Source: Eledone cirrhosa
Taxonomy: Eukaryota
Length of the DNA stretch: 64,000 nt
NCBI GenBank assembly: GCA_964016885.1
Contig: OZ024763.1
Location: 8,556,001 to 8,620,000 of the forward strand
Direction of reading: 5' to 3'
Shown here piece by piece: positions 28,991 through 40,540 of this stretch; within the stretch, counting starts at the first letter, position 1, and each line of letters starts with the position of its first letter. The position numbers and the translations under genes are program-made. A model generated the notes under the pieces. It was given only the letters and a program-made list of their open reading frames with translations. It did no database searches and was not told where the DNA came from.

Positions 28991-29384
28991 TATATATATA
29001 TGTGTGTGTGTGTATATCAGTAAATAACATTATAAATTGCTGCCAATTCGTTCAGAAGAGCATTACAAATATAATATCGTTAATAAACACAAATATAAAC
29101 ACACAAAGAGAGAGATTAAAAACAAACACGCCCCTCTCTATATCAATTAATACCAAACTCTCCCCCTCTCTATATCTACTACACGGCACTCTCTTTCATT
29201 CCCCCTCTCTATATCAATTAACAACAAACTCTCCCCCTCTCTATATATCTATATCTATCTCTCACATCTGTCTCTACATAACATGTACATAGATTAAAGC
29301 GGACATACAAAGAGATGTTTTTTGGTAGTTTGGGGAGAAAAATACAATTATTGGCTGTAGGGGGGGGGGGATACCCCCTCTGTA

Positions 29385-30677
29385 GTAGTGGTAGCTGTGG
29401 TGGTGGGTGGTTAGTGGTAGCTGTGGTGCTAGTATTAGTGGTAGCTGTGGTGCTAGTATTAGTGGTAGCTGTGGTGGTGGGTGGTTAGTGGTAGCTGTGG
29501 TGCTAGTATTAGTGGTAGCTGTGGTGCTAGTATTAGTGGTAGCTGTGGTGGTGGGTGGTTAGTGGTAGCTGTGGTGCTAGTATTAGTGGTAGCTGTGGTG
29601 CTAGTATTAGTGGTAGTTGTGGTGCTAGTATTAGTGGTAGCTGTGGTGCTAGTATTAGTGGTAGCTGTGGTGCTAGTATTAGTGGTAGTTGTGGTGCTAG
29701 TATTAGTGGTAGTTGTGGTGCTAGTATTAGTGGTAGCTGTGGTGCTAGTATTAGTGGTAGTTGTGGTGCTAGTATTAGTGGTAGCTATAGTGCTAGTATT
29801 AGTGGTAGCTGTGGTGCTAGTATTAGTGGTAGCTGTAGTGCTAGTATTAGTGGTAGTTGTGGTGCTAGTATTAGTGGTAGTTGTGGTGCTAGTATTAGTG
29901 GTAGTTGTGGTGCTAGTATTAGTGGTAGCTGTGGTGCTAGTATTAGTGGTAGTTGTGGTGCTAGTATTAGTGGTAGCTGTAGTGCTAGTATTAGTGGTAG
30001 TTGTGGTGCTAGTATTAGTGGTAGCTGTAGTGCTAGTATTAGTGGTAGTTGTGGTGCTATTATTAGTGGTAGCTGTGGTGCTAGTATTAGTGGTAGTTGT
30101 GGTGCTAGTATTAGTGGTAGCTGTGGTGCTAGTATTAGTGGTAGCTGTGGTGCTAGTATTAGTGGTAGCTGTGGTGCTAGTATTAGTGGTAGCTGTAGTG
30201 CTAGTATTAGTGGTAGTTGTGGTGCTAGTATTAGTGGTAGCTGTGGTACTAGTATTAGTGGTAGTTGTGGTGCTAGTATTAGTGGTAGTTGTGGTGCTAG
30301 TATTAGTGGTAGCTGTGGTGCTAGTATTAGTGGTAGTTGTGGTACTAGTATTAGTGGTAGCTGTGGTACTAGTATTAGTGGTAGTTGTGGTGCTAGTATT
30401 AGTGGTAGCTGTAGTGCTAGTATTAGTGGTAGTTGTGGTGCTAGTATTAGTGGTAGCTGTAGTGCTAGTATTAGTGGTAGTTGTGGTGCTATTATTAGTG
30501 GTAGTTGTGGTGCTAGTATTAGTGGTAGTTGTGGTGCTATTATTAGTGGTAGTTGTGGTGCTAGTATTAGTGGTAGCTGTGGTACTAGTATTAGTGGTAG
30601 CTGTGGTGCTAGTATTAGTGGTAGCTGTAGTGCTAGTATTAGTGGTAGTTGTGGTGCTAGTATTAGTGGTAGCTGTG
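29385..30677. repeat. 24-bp minisatellite, ~54 units
   Basis: gtggtgctagtattagtggtag(c/t)t. Confidence 0.97.
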
Positions 30678-31010
30678 GGGAGCTGGCTACCTGTAGCAGT
30701 GGAGACTTCTCATGTCCTTGGCTATGGTTGCCTCCCTACTCACCACCAGAGGCGCTGAGCTGCTGGCTAGCCGCAGGTGTGAGCCTCACGAGATTGAATG
30801 GCTGCTCTCCCAGCGCGTCTCCCTTACCATCCTCTGCGGAAACGCCTTCTCTGTTCTGTCCGCTGGGGCTGTGGGGAAGCCAGCACGTGGGACCCCATTT
30901 GCTCATAATAGTGAGAGATGGGGAGATGGAGGCGATGACAGAGGGAGTTCGGCTCCAGTCGTGAGAATGGACTGACCATGGGTTAAAAAACAACAGCAGC
31001 AGCAGCAAAG
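30678..31010 (+). mobile_element. CRE-clade (RLE) non-LTR retrotransposon 3' fragment
   Basis: WLPVAVETSHVLG ... EPHEIEWLLSQRVSLTILCGNAFSVL resembles the CRE P...E..G / QR.S....RGNA motifs; homologous to 63660-63850. Confidence 0.7.
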
Positions 31011-31260
31011 GCTACAGTATGGCCACGTACCAAAGTTGATCTACAACAACAATAAGGCGGTTGATTGGCAGAAATCGGTGGAGCGTCGGACACAATGCTT
31101 TATGGCATAGAGTTACGGCGCTTTACGTTCTGAGTTCAAATTTCGCCAAGGTTAGCTTTACCTTTCATCGTTACAGAGGTCGATAAAATAAAGTACCAGT
31201 AATACACTAGGGTAGATTTAATCGACTCCCCCCCCCCCCCCCTCCCAAAAAAAAAATTTG

Positions 31261-31700
31261 ATATTCTTGTGCCTGAATCATAAACCAACATTAAACAGCA
31301 ATAAGCTAAATATTGTTTTTAATTTTAAAAATATCAAGGGAAACAACTCTTCAACGGGTTGAATCTAAGAAAGATAACTCTGCATAGATTTGCGTCATAA
31401 TTGTTTTATTTATTTATTTATTTAATCTAAACGTCGGAATAGAACTGAGAATAGTTTATATATATATATATATATAAACAGTCAATCAGCAATACGCCAG
31501 AACTCATATTTTCTCAGTTCTATTCCGACGTTTAGATTAAATAAATAAATAAATAAAACAATTATGACGCAAATCTTTGCAGAGTTATCTTTCTTAGATT
31601 CAACCCGTTGAAGAGTTGTTTCCCTTGATATTTTTAAAATTAAAAACAATATTTAGTTTATTGCTGTTTAATGTTGGCTGATGATTCAGGCACAAGGATA
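31261..31700. repeat. ~190-bp near-perfect inverted duplication
   Basis: cttgtgcctgaatca...gaactgagaa / ttctcagttc...tgattcaggcacaag. Confidence 0.92.
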
Positions 31701-31939
31701 TATATATATGTGTGTGTATAACTTATACATATATATATATATATAAATGGCTTCTGCAGGACTAGAACTGTTTCAGGCTTCCTGATGATTTCTCCTGAAT
31801 GAAACAGTTCTAGTCTTGTAGAAGCCTTTCTATATTAAATATTTATACTCTGCTTTGTATTGAGTACCTTACTTCTATATAAACTTATATTTTCCTTATC
31901 GAGCCCTCTTTGGATTTTAGTCTTCAATTTTATTATTAT

Positions 31940-31990
<51 letters not shown>

Positions 31991-32301
31991 GTATGTGTAT
32001 ATATATTTATATATATACACACACACACACAAACCAATCAAATTACTTCTCGAAAAACCTGGTATTTCGAGCCACTTTTTCTATATAAAACAAGTAACAT
32101 TCAGAGACCAAACAGATGTGAGAAAAACCACAGACCCTCCATCTCAACTCACCTTTTGAAAAGCAGAAGAACTGCGAAACCGGTAAAGGAACTAAATAAA
32201 CTCCAGTTGCATTTTCGATTTCATCTCTTTTTCTTTATACTTTCACTCGTGTAGGACACCTCGGTTATTTTTCATTTTATAAAATAAACCTCACTTTCTA
32301 A

Positions 32302-32358
<57 letters not shown>

Positions 32359-32630
32359 TTGTTAGGTAATTCCGAAGAAAAAGCAAAGGAAAAAAGAGTG
32401 CTCTATGTATCGAACAGAGCTATGTAATTAGAAAGTGGGTAGTATCAAGAGAAAGTAAAAAAAAATCAATCATGCGTTCAGAAGAGATTAAAAAGTAAAT
32501 ATTTTATTCATTAAAGTGTGACATTTCACTGATGATGAGTTATTAGAAGAGTTGTTTGTGTCACAATATCAATGTTTAGCAAGAACAGAAGCAACAGATA
32601 ATGCAGGGGGGGGGGGGGTCAAATATGTGA

Positions 32631-32723
<93 letters not shown>

Positions 32724-32797
32724 ATGTCCCAAAAATATGCACACACTTTGATTACCTATACAGGCAATATTTATTAGAATGTTGTTGGGACACTCTG

Positions 32798-32830
<33 letters not shown>

Positions 32831-32901
32831 GACCAAATACATATTATTCGAACAGAACTTTTGTAATATATATGTATATACAAACATATACGTTGCGTGT
32901 A

Positions 32902-32944
<43 letters not shown>

Positions 32945-33285
32945 TATATATATATATACATAATATATATTTTTAGCTATATACATACATATATATATAT
33001 TGTTATACTTTGGGAGGATCATGTTGCCAATAAGTTGCTTTCACTTCAATTTATTATAATAAATTTATAAATTTAGGAATTTATAAATTTCCGTATATAT
33101 ATATATATATATATATTTATGTATGTATATATTTATGTATATTATTCAATTTAGGAAAGGTTGTTGGTCAGATAATCCACTGACGTTTGTCGTAAACATT
33201 ATAAAGCACTCTAAGTGTTGTATACCTTAAAATGTTATCAATAAGGTGTCAAAAAGAGCATCAATATTATAAAGAAGGGAGACGG

Positions 33286-33327
<42 letters not shown>

Positions 33328-33376
33328 CCTTATCGAGCCCTCGGCGGATTTTAGTCTTCACATTTATTATTACTAT

Positions 33377-33421
<45 letters not shown>

Positions 33422-33830
33422 GCTTGTGTGTAAATAGTTGCGACTGTCAATGCAGAAGATACATGATAAGTATTGCAAAAAAATTTATATTTTGGGGCAA
33501 GAACATGTCTTCATAATTTGTGTGTATATAATTATATATACATATATATGTATATATATATATGTGTGTGTATGTATGTATGTATGTTACTGAGACAGAA
33601 AAAGAGAGAGAGTATGTGAGTGTGTCATTGTATGTATGTATGTATGTATGTATGTTGATGACGCAGAGAGAGAGAGACTGTGAGTGTGTGTGTCATTATA
33701 TATATATATGTATATATGTATGTATGTATGTTGATGAGACAGAGAAAGTCAGAGACTGTGTGCATCTGAGTGTGTGTGTGTGTGTGTGTGTTTAACTGTA
33801 AAACCGAATCCTGTATCACACCTCGACATC

Positions 33831-33872
33831 TTAAGTTGTTGGTGACTTGAACAATTCATAATACATGAAATC
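33831..33872 (-). CDS. PLSCR: Phospholipid scramblase last coding exon (DFMYYELFKSPTT*)
   Basis: ttgcag acceptor; DFM.(F/Y)E terminus; TAA at 33833-33831. Confidence 0.95.
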   Translation of the reverse strand, partial: DFMYYELFKSPTT

Positions 33873-33929
33873 CTGCAAAGATAACACAATATATTATATA
33901 ACATAGATATGGATATATAACACAACATA

Positions 33930-34290
33930 AGGTTTTTACATTTGTCTCTGTGGCCTAGCGGTAAGTACTAGAGATGGTGAAGATCCTGGTCTTGGGTTCA
34001 ATCCTGGTCAAGAGGTGCATGTAACCTTTTTCGGTTTTTATTTTACAACCAATAGAAAAAAACTGAAAAGGTTTACCAGGAACCCTACTCCCGACTAGGA
34101 TTGAACTTCAGACCAGGATCACCACCGTCTATGACTCTTCCAACTAGGCCACCGAGACAGCTACAAAAGTATGATGAAAATTGATAATTATAAACCTACT
34201 TTCAAAATCCAAGTTAAAAAGATGTGTTGTCGTTCATGGCTTTCCTAGAGCTATTAGTAATATTTAGGGTCGACTTCTGGTCATTATTGA
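33930..34290. mobile_element. Dispersed repeat with two convergent tRNA-like heads; related cluster at 54490-55085
   Basis: gtggcctagcggtaag...ggttcaatcctgg (+) and gtggcctagttggaag...agttcaatcctag (-). Confidence 0.6.
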
Positions 34291-34690
34291 AAGTCCCTGG
34301 ATTTCCCAAAATACATAATATTTTTTATTGGAGAAGGTAAGATATTTTTCCGCAAAAATTTGATGCACTGTTTTGTTTCCACTTATGTATTTTTCGGAAA
34401 TGTTATTTATTCATTATAAAGATTAAATTAAATTATATGTAGGTGGGCCCCCTTCATCTCCTGGTAACCAATATTTTTAGACCTAGTCCGCCACTGCACA
34501 CACACACACACACACACACATAAATATATATATAGTCCTGAGCAAGACAACCAATCTTGCCTCAAGTGGGACAATTCCCGTCCAGACCCATGCTAGCGTG
34601 GAAGATGGATGTTAAACGATGATGATGATGATATATATATATTGTGTGTGTGTATAAAGATAAAAAGATTAATATATCCCTGATACTTAC

Positions 34691-34749
34691 AATGAGAAAG
34701 ACTGATCCTAGTAAGGTGGCTTTCATATTCACATCAAGATCCATTGGAA
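34691..34749 (-). CDS. PLSCR: Phospholipid scramblase exon 9 (FPMDLDVNMKATLLGSVFLI)
   Basis: FP.DLDV.MKA.LLG..FLI C-terminal helix; phase 1 to 0. Confidence 0.97.
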
Positions 34750-34966
34750 CTAAAAAGATAGAAATACAGATACATTGGTGGTGGTGGGGGGTAGCGGGGG
34801 GGGGGGGGGGGGTAGTGGTGATGGTGATGATGGTGATGATGGTGATGATGATGATGATGGGGGGGCGGGGTGATGATGATGGTTTTGGTGGTGGTGGTAA
34901 TGGTGATTATGTTCCCACCAACAACTACTACTACTACTACTACTACAACAACAACAATAGACTTAC

Positions 34967-35069
34967 ATGAGATTCCAAAGTTGTCAGCTTTTGTAAACAT
35001 TTCTTTGACCAATCCACTGAATTCTTTACTAACTGTGGCCACTTTACTGGACATATCTGGACTGTGGAC
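34967..35069 (-). CDS. PLSCR: Phospholipid scramblase exon 8 (VHSPDMSSKVATVSKEFSGLVKEMFTKADNFGIS)
   Basis: SK..SG...E.FT.ADNFGI motif; phase 0 to 1. Confidence 0.97.
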
Positions 35070-35647
35070 CTGTTGGTGGACAATATTGGTATAGTAGAGT
35101 ATAGGCCTAGGGTTAAACAGATGTCTCTCTCTCTCTGTCTGTATATATGTATCTGTGTGTATATATATATATATATCTGTGTGTGTTGTTGTGTGGTTAG
35201 TATGTGCATGTGTGTGTATAGGTGTGTGTACATATATATATGTGTGGGTATGTATATATGTGTGTGTGTGCATATATGCATGTGTGTGTGGTTGTGTAGT
35301 TGTATGTGGTTATGTGGTGTGTGTGTATGTGTGTGTGTATGTGTATGTATGTGTATGTATGTATGTATGTGTGCACGTATGTGTGTGTATGTATGTTTGT
35401 GTGTGTATGTGAAGAAGCATATATGTGTGTGTTTAACCAATTTCAAGCGTTAACATCACAACCACAACATCCACAACTAAAACAACAACAACTATAACAA
35501 CAACAACCACAACAACAACCACAACTATAACAACAACAACCACAACAACTACAACTATAACAACAACCACAACAACAACCACAACTATAACAACAACAAC
35601 CACAACAACAACCACAACTATAACAACAACAACCCTGTGGTACTCAC

Positions 35648-35768
35648 GTAGAAGTTCTGGTCTCCAATACAACAGGGACCGGCCCACATACAGTAAGGAC
35701 CTTGGATCTTGAAAACCACTTCATCATTGGCGTTGGTCACATCAAAGAGGGGCCTCAAGAAACTGCAT
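35648..35768 (-). CDS. PLSCR: Phospholipid scramblase exon 7 (RCSFLRPLFDVTNANDEVVFKIQGPYCMWAGPCCIGDQNFY)
   Basis: P.F.V.N...E.V.KI.GP motif; phase 2 to 0. Confidence 0.96.
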
Positions 35769-35985
35769 CTGTGGAGCAGAAGTAACAAAACTAGAATATC
35801 AACTTAGGTAACAACTCTACCCCTGGGGTGGCCACATTCTTCTCTCTTCCCTTTCTTCCCCCTCTCTCCCTTTACCCTCTCATTCTTCCCTTTCTACTCT
35901 CTCCCTCTCTCTCTCTTTCCTTTCTTTCCTCTCTCCTTTTCCCTCTCTCCCCTCCCCCTCTCTCCCTCCTCCTCCTCTGACCTAC

Positions 35986-36116
35986 CTCTGCTTCACTTTA
36001 CCAATGACAGTACCAACAGGAGCTTCCACAACAATCTCTAGGGAGCAGGGGTTACAGCAGGCAAACCAACAACAACCGGCCCCTATTTTCAGCTCTCGGG
36101 TCACCTTCATCACTTC
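35986..36116 (-). CDS. PLSCR: Phospholipid scramblase exon 6 (EVMKVTRELKIGAGCCWFACCNPCSLEIVVEAPVGTVIGKVKQ)
   Basis: Cys-rich palmitoylation loop followed by EAP.G..IG.V.Q; phase 0 to 2. Confidence 0.96.
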
Positions 36117-36609
36117 CTGGAAAGAGAAGATGAGAAAAATTAAGGGACAGCAGAAAATAAACCCACAAAAAAATAAACTGAAGGTTTGATTGTTGATGTT
36201 GTTGATATTGATGTTGTTGTTGTTGGTGGTGTGATGGAGATGGTGGTGGTGGTGTCACGATGACGTTGTTGTTGTTGTGGTGGTGGTGGTGTGATGAGGG
36301 GGGGGGGTGATGATGATGATGATGATGTTGTGATGATGGTGGTGGTGGTGGTGTGATAGGAGTGGTGGTGGTGGTGGTGGTGGTGGTGTCATGATGATGG
36401 TGGTGGTGGTGGTGGTGGTGTTGTCATGATGATGTTGTTGGTGGTGGTGTGATAGGAGTGGTGGTGGTGGTGGTGGTGTTGTCATGATGATGATGATGAT
36501 ATTGTGGTGCTGCTGCTGGATGTGTTGCTGTTGTTGTTGTTGTTGGTGGTGGTGGTGATGGTGGTGGTGGTGGTGGTGGTGATGGTATTGGTGCTGCTGA
36601 TGGATGTGG

Positions 36610-36640
<31 letters not shown>

Positions 36641-36878
36641 GGTGGTGGTGGTGGTGGTGGTGGCGGTGGTGGTGATGGTATTGGTGCTGCTGCTGGATGT
36701 GGTGTTGTTGTTGTTGGTGGTGGTGATGGTGGTGGTGGTGGTATTGGTGCTGCTGCTGGATGTGGTGTTGTTGTTGGTGGTGATGGTATTGGTGCTGCTG
36801 CTGGATGTGTTGCTGTTGTTGTAGTAAAGACTGCTGCTGATGAAAGTATCAGCAATCAAGGTGTGTTCAGTGACTCAC

Positions 36879-36955
36879 CTTTCCCATATTGTCAATCATG
36901 TGCATCGTGAAACCTCTCATACTGCCCAGACATTGTCTCATACAGAGTTCTGACT
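36879..36955 (-). CDS. PLSCR: Phospholipid scramblase exon 5 (ESELCMRQCLGSMRGFTMHMIDNMGK)
   Basis: C.R.C.G..R.F...I.DN.G motif; phase 1 to 0. Confidence 0.96.
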
Positions 36956-36996
36956 CTGGGGACAAAGAAAGAGAAAGAGGAAAGTGAAAGAAACAC

Positions 36997-37071
<75 letters not shown>

Positions 37072-37902
37072 AGCCTCAATACGCTAAAATAATTTATTTT
37101 AATGCATCAAACATTCAATACGGCATCATCGTTACTTATGTGATGGATGTAGAAGCTATATCTTACTTTTTCTGAATGTGAAAATGGTGGTGGATACGAA
37201 AACCATAACTTTCTTTTACTTCTTTTTATTTTTATTTTTCTGCACACATACTTTTTTGTTCTATACAAAAAATACCTTACCACTACAACCACCATAATAA
37301 TCTTGCTTACCAGCTTAAAGTGCTTGCATTACGTGTAACACCCTGCCACACAATAATAGTATAAAAATGAGACACACTTGCATGCTCCATGTGTAACTAA
37401 CGCATACACTACCTACTAGACCTGCTTATCAAACTATCCTCTTGCATTATCTGTGTTATCTGCCGAATGTATTTTAATTTTGATTTTGATTTTAATTTTG
37501 AATTTGAATTGCTGTACAAAAATAGTATAGTATAATATATGTCACTCCACTGTACATAAATATATATATGTATCTGTATGTCTCTTGCGCTGGAAAGGAG
37601 GTCAATTATGTGTACAAATATTGAAAAATGCTCAGAAAACTCCAAGCCTAGGTTTGGATGAAACAATTGTAAGTGAATAAATGCTTTGAACATAGCTTTG
37701 ATTCTTGTGAATTCTATATAACTGCTCTGTAGAACAACTGATGTTATTACATTGAGCTATTTATCTTACTGGTAATAAGGTAGTAATAAATTACTGACCT
37801 TCACTGTTTAGGGTTTAAAATATACATAAATATAAAAAGTTTTAATATATACATAACCATAAATAGTATCCCTAATATTATATATATATATGTATATATA
37901 TG

Positions 37903-37942
<40 letters not shown>

Positions 37943-37981
37943 TGTATATATATACACATATATACACACATATATACACAC

Positions 37982-38052
<71 letters not shown>

Positions 38053-38059
38053 TACACAC

Positions 38060-38122
<63 letters not shown>

Positions 38123-38159
38123 TACACACATATATACATATATATATATATATTTATTT

Positions 38160-38202
<43 letters not shown>

Positions 38203-38308
38203 TGTGTGTGGATATATTATGTATGCAGGAGGGGGGGGTAGAAGGAGAAAGAGTAATAAGGAGCTGGGCAGTGGCAGTGATGGGGTTGAAGTAAATAGTC
38301 CTTCTTAC

Positions 38309-38386
38309 CTTCAGCTGCGAGGTAAACCTGTTGACCCAGGGAATTGAGGACCGAATACTTGTTCTGGGATTCAAATGAAGTGAAAG
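38309..38386 (-). CDS. PLSCR: Phospholipid scramblase exon 4 ([26 protein letters not shown])
   Basis: Matches PLSCR FET.NKY.I.N..GQ.VY.AAE; canonical splice sites. Confidence 0.97.
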
Positions 38387-38567
38387 CTGGTAAAATAATA
38401 AAATTAAGAAGACACAGGTAAATATATATAGTGATAAAATACACCCAATACACTCTGTAAAGTGGTTGACACTGAGAAGGGTATCTAGCTGTGGAAACCA
38501 TGCCAAACAATGTATTAGACCACCAAGCAGTTAGACCCTCAAACAGTTAGACTAGCATGAGTAAGAC

Positions 38568-39172
38568 CAGAGGTCCTTAATGTGGGCTCTACACCTCCCC
38601 GGGGGTGTTGAGAAGGTCCAGGGGTCACTGTGGCCTAACGGGGTGGTAGAGATGATATAATAGTATATTAAATATGAAATGATACATATTATATATAAAT
38701 ATAGTAAAATATAAAATATATGATATTTATTTAAATATAGTATATATTATATTATTTGTTTTATATAGTAAAATATATAATATTTATTTATATATAAACT
38801 GCATCTGGAGAAAATTAGTGACGGAAATATATGAATGTTTATTTAAACGATCGTTAACCGGAAGTGTTGACATTTGAAAATTTTAAAGAAGTGAATCTTT
38901 AAATAAACAACAAAATTATTTATATTTAATCAAGAATAAAGAAATTTAGTAGATAAATTATGTAATATTTATTTATTATTTATTCAAAGTAATCCAACTT
39001 ATTTTACAAACAGGATAAAAAAATATATTCTGGTCACAGTCCCGCACTCCTTACTTTATTATAGTTTAGATTTACAATTTGCATGTAGGTAGGTCTTTCT
39101 GGGTTGGGGGGCACTGAGGGTGGTATGTGGTCATAAGGGGGGCTGTGGCCCTCAAAAGATTGAGAACCTCTC
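38568..39172. mobile_element. hAT (Charlie-like) MITE
   Basis: CAGAGGTCCTTAA ... TTGAGAACCTCTC TIR; 8-bp TSD agtaagac/agttagac. Confidence 0.75.
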
Positions 39173-39357
39173 AGTTAGACCAGCACAGAGTCTAGCATCA
39201 GTTAAACCAACAAGAGTTAGTCCAATACCAATAGATTAGTACAAGTTAGACAAACAACAGTTAGACCAAAATCAATTAGACTACTATCAGTTAGACCTCC
39301 AACAGTTAGACTATGATAGAGACTAACACCAGTTAGACCACAAGCAATATAACTTAC

Positions 39358-39477
39358 TCTCCAAAGCATCCACTTGTTGTTGAATGAGAATCTGGTCAAC
39401 CATGGTCAAATACTCGAGGCCAGGAGGACAATTGGCTGTATTCTCTGGACGAGCCATCCATTGTGGCATTTGGCTAC
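39358..39477 (-). CDS. PLSCR: Phospholipid scramblase exon 3 ([40 protein letters not shown])
   Basis: [15 protein letters not shown] signature of the scramblase domain start; ag/gt sites; phase 1 to 1. Confidence 0.97.
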
Positions 39478-39716
39478 CTGTAAATATATAGAGATATTGT
39501 CACTGAAGGTGAGGGCCATGTAGGTACTTAAGTAGGTAGGTAGGTAGATATGAAATTAGAGAGATAAGTAGGCAAATATATATATATAGCCATCGAAACG
39601 GCTTGAGCTCTGCCGTCGGGGTCCAGAACCTTTTCCTATAAATATATATATATATATATAAAATAAAATAAAATAAAATAAATAAGTCAAATGTTCAAAA
39701 TTTAGCTTCGTTTATT

Positions 39717-39773
39717 ACTGCTATATATATATTTCGGTGACAGCCATCTTTGGCTGTGACCTCTTCAGGCAGT
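39717..39773 (-). ncRNA. Type I hammerhead ribozyme motif
   Basis: ACUGC CUGAAGA GGUCACAGCCA AAGA UGGCUGUCACC GAAAU(AU)n AUA GCAGU; 5-bp stem I, long stem II. Confidence 0.75.
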
Positions 39774-39883
39774 CCGAATTAGTGTGGTATAGACAAGTAC
39801 ATATGTTGTTGAGGTGTATAACTTTGTCAATACTCTGATATGCCCAGTTCCTGGTTGGGTTGTTATTTCACTGAGGAACTGGA

Positions 39884-39923
<40 letters not shown>

Positions 39924-40182
39924 TTGGAAGGTTTTTGATATGAAATCGTGTGTTGAAACAAATATTGTTATATTTGGGGAGGGTCATGTTGTTATAATAT
40001 TCCCAGAAATAATAATAAAACAGACTCACCGTGTGTTTTATTATTATTTCTGTATTATAACAATATGACCCTCCCCAAATATAACAATATATATATATAC
40101 AAAAAAAATAACAAAGCAGACGTCACAGTATGATGAAGAAATATATATTATTAGTTTAACACTTGATATAGTAGGAAAAGAG

Positions 40183-40218
40183 TCTTAACGTTTCGGACGC
40201 TAGTCCTTCATCAGAAGA
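40183..40218 (-). ncRNA. Minimal type I hammerhead ribozyme (family A)
   Basis: UCUU CUGAUGA A GGAC UAGC GUCC GAAAC GUU AAGA: intact core, stem I UCUU/AAGA, stem II GGAC/GUCC, palindromic AACGUU stem III. Confidence 0.8.
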
Positions 40219-40265
40219 TAGAATGAGAAATTAAAGAAAAGAATCTCAAGTTAAAACTGTGAATG

Positions 40266-40333
<68 letters not shown>

Positions 40334-40540
40334 ACCTCTCTCTCTCTCTCTCCTCCTTCTCTGGAAGAAATAACCCTCTGCTCAGACCTGGACAAGGGAT
40401 GGGTTCCAACAAGTTTTCAAATCTCCAAGGTGTTCTATATAATACAACAGTGGCTCTGAGGTTCTATTAACAGATATGGGCTGAAAAAATATATAGGAAT
40501 AGGATGTACCCCCCAAAAAATCTTTTACATATTCACCTAC

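Noticed and set aside
29481-30964. SGSCGASI / poly-Val ORFs
   Set aside because: 24-bp minisatellite running into a CRE fragment
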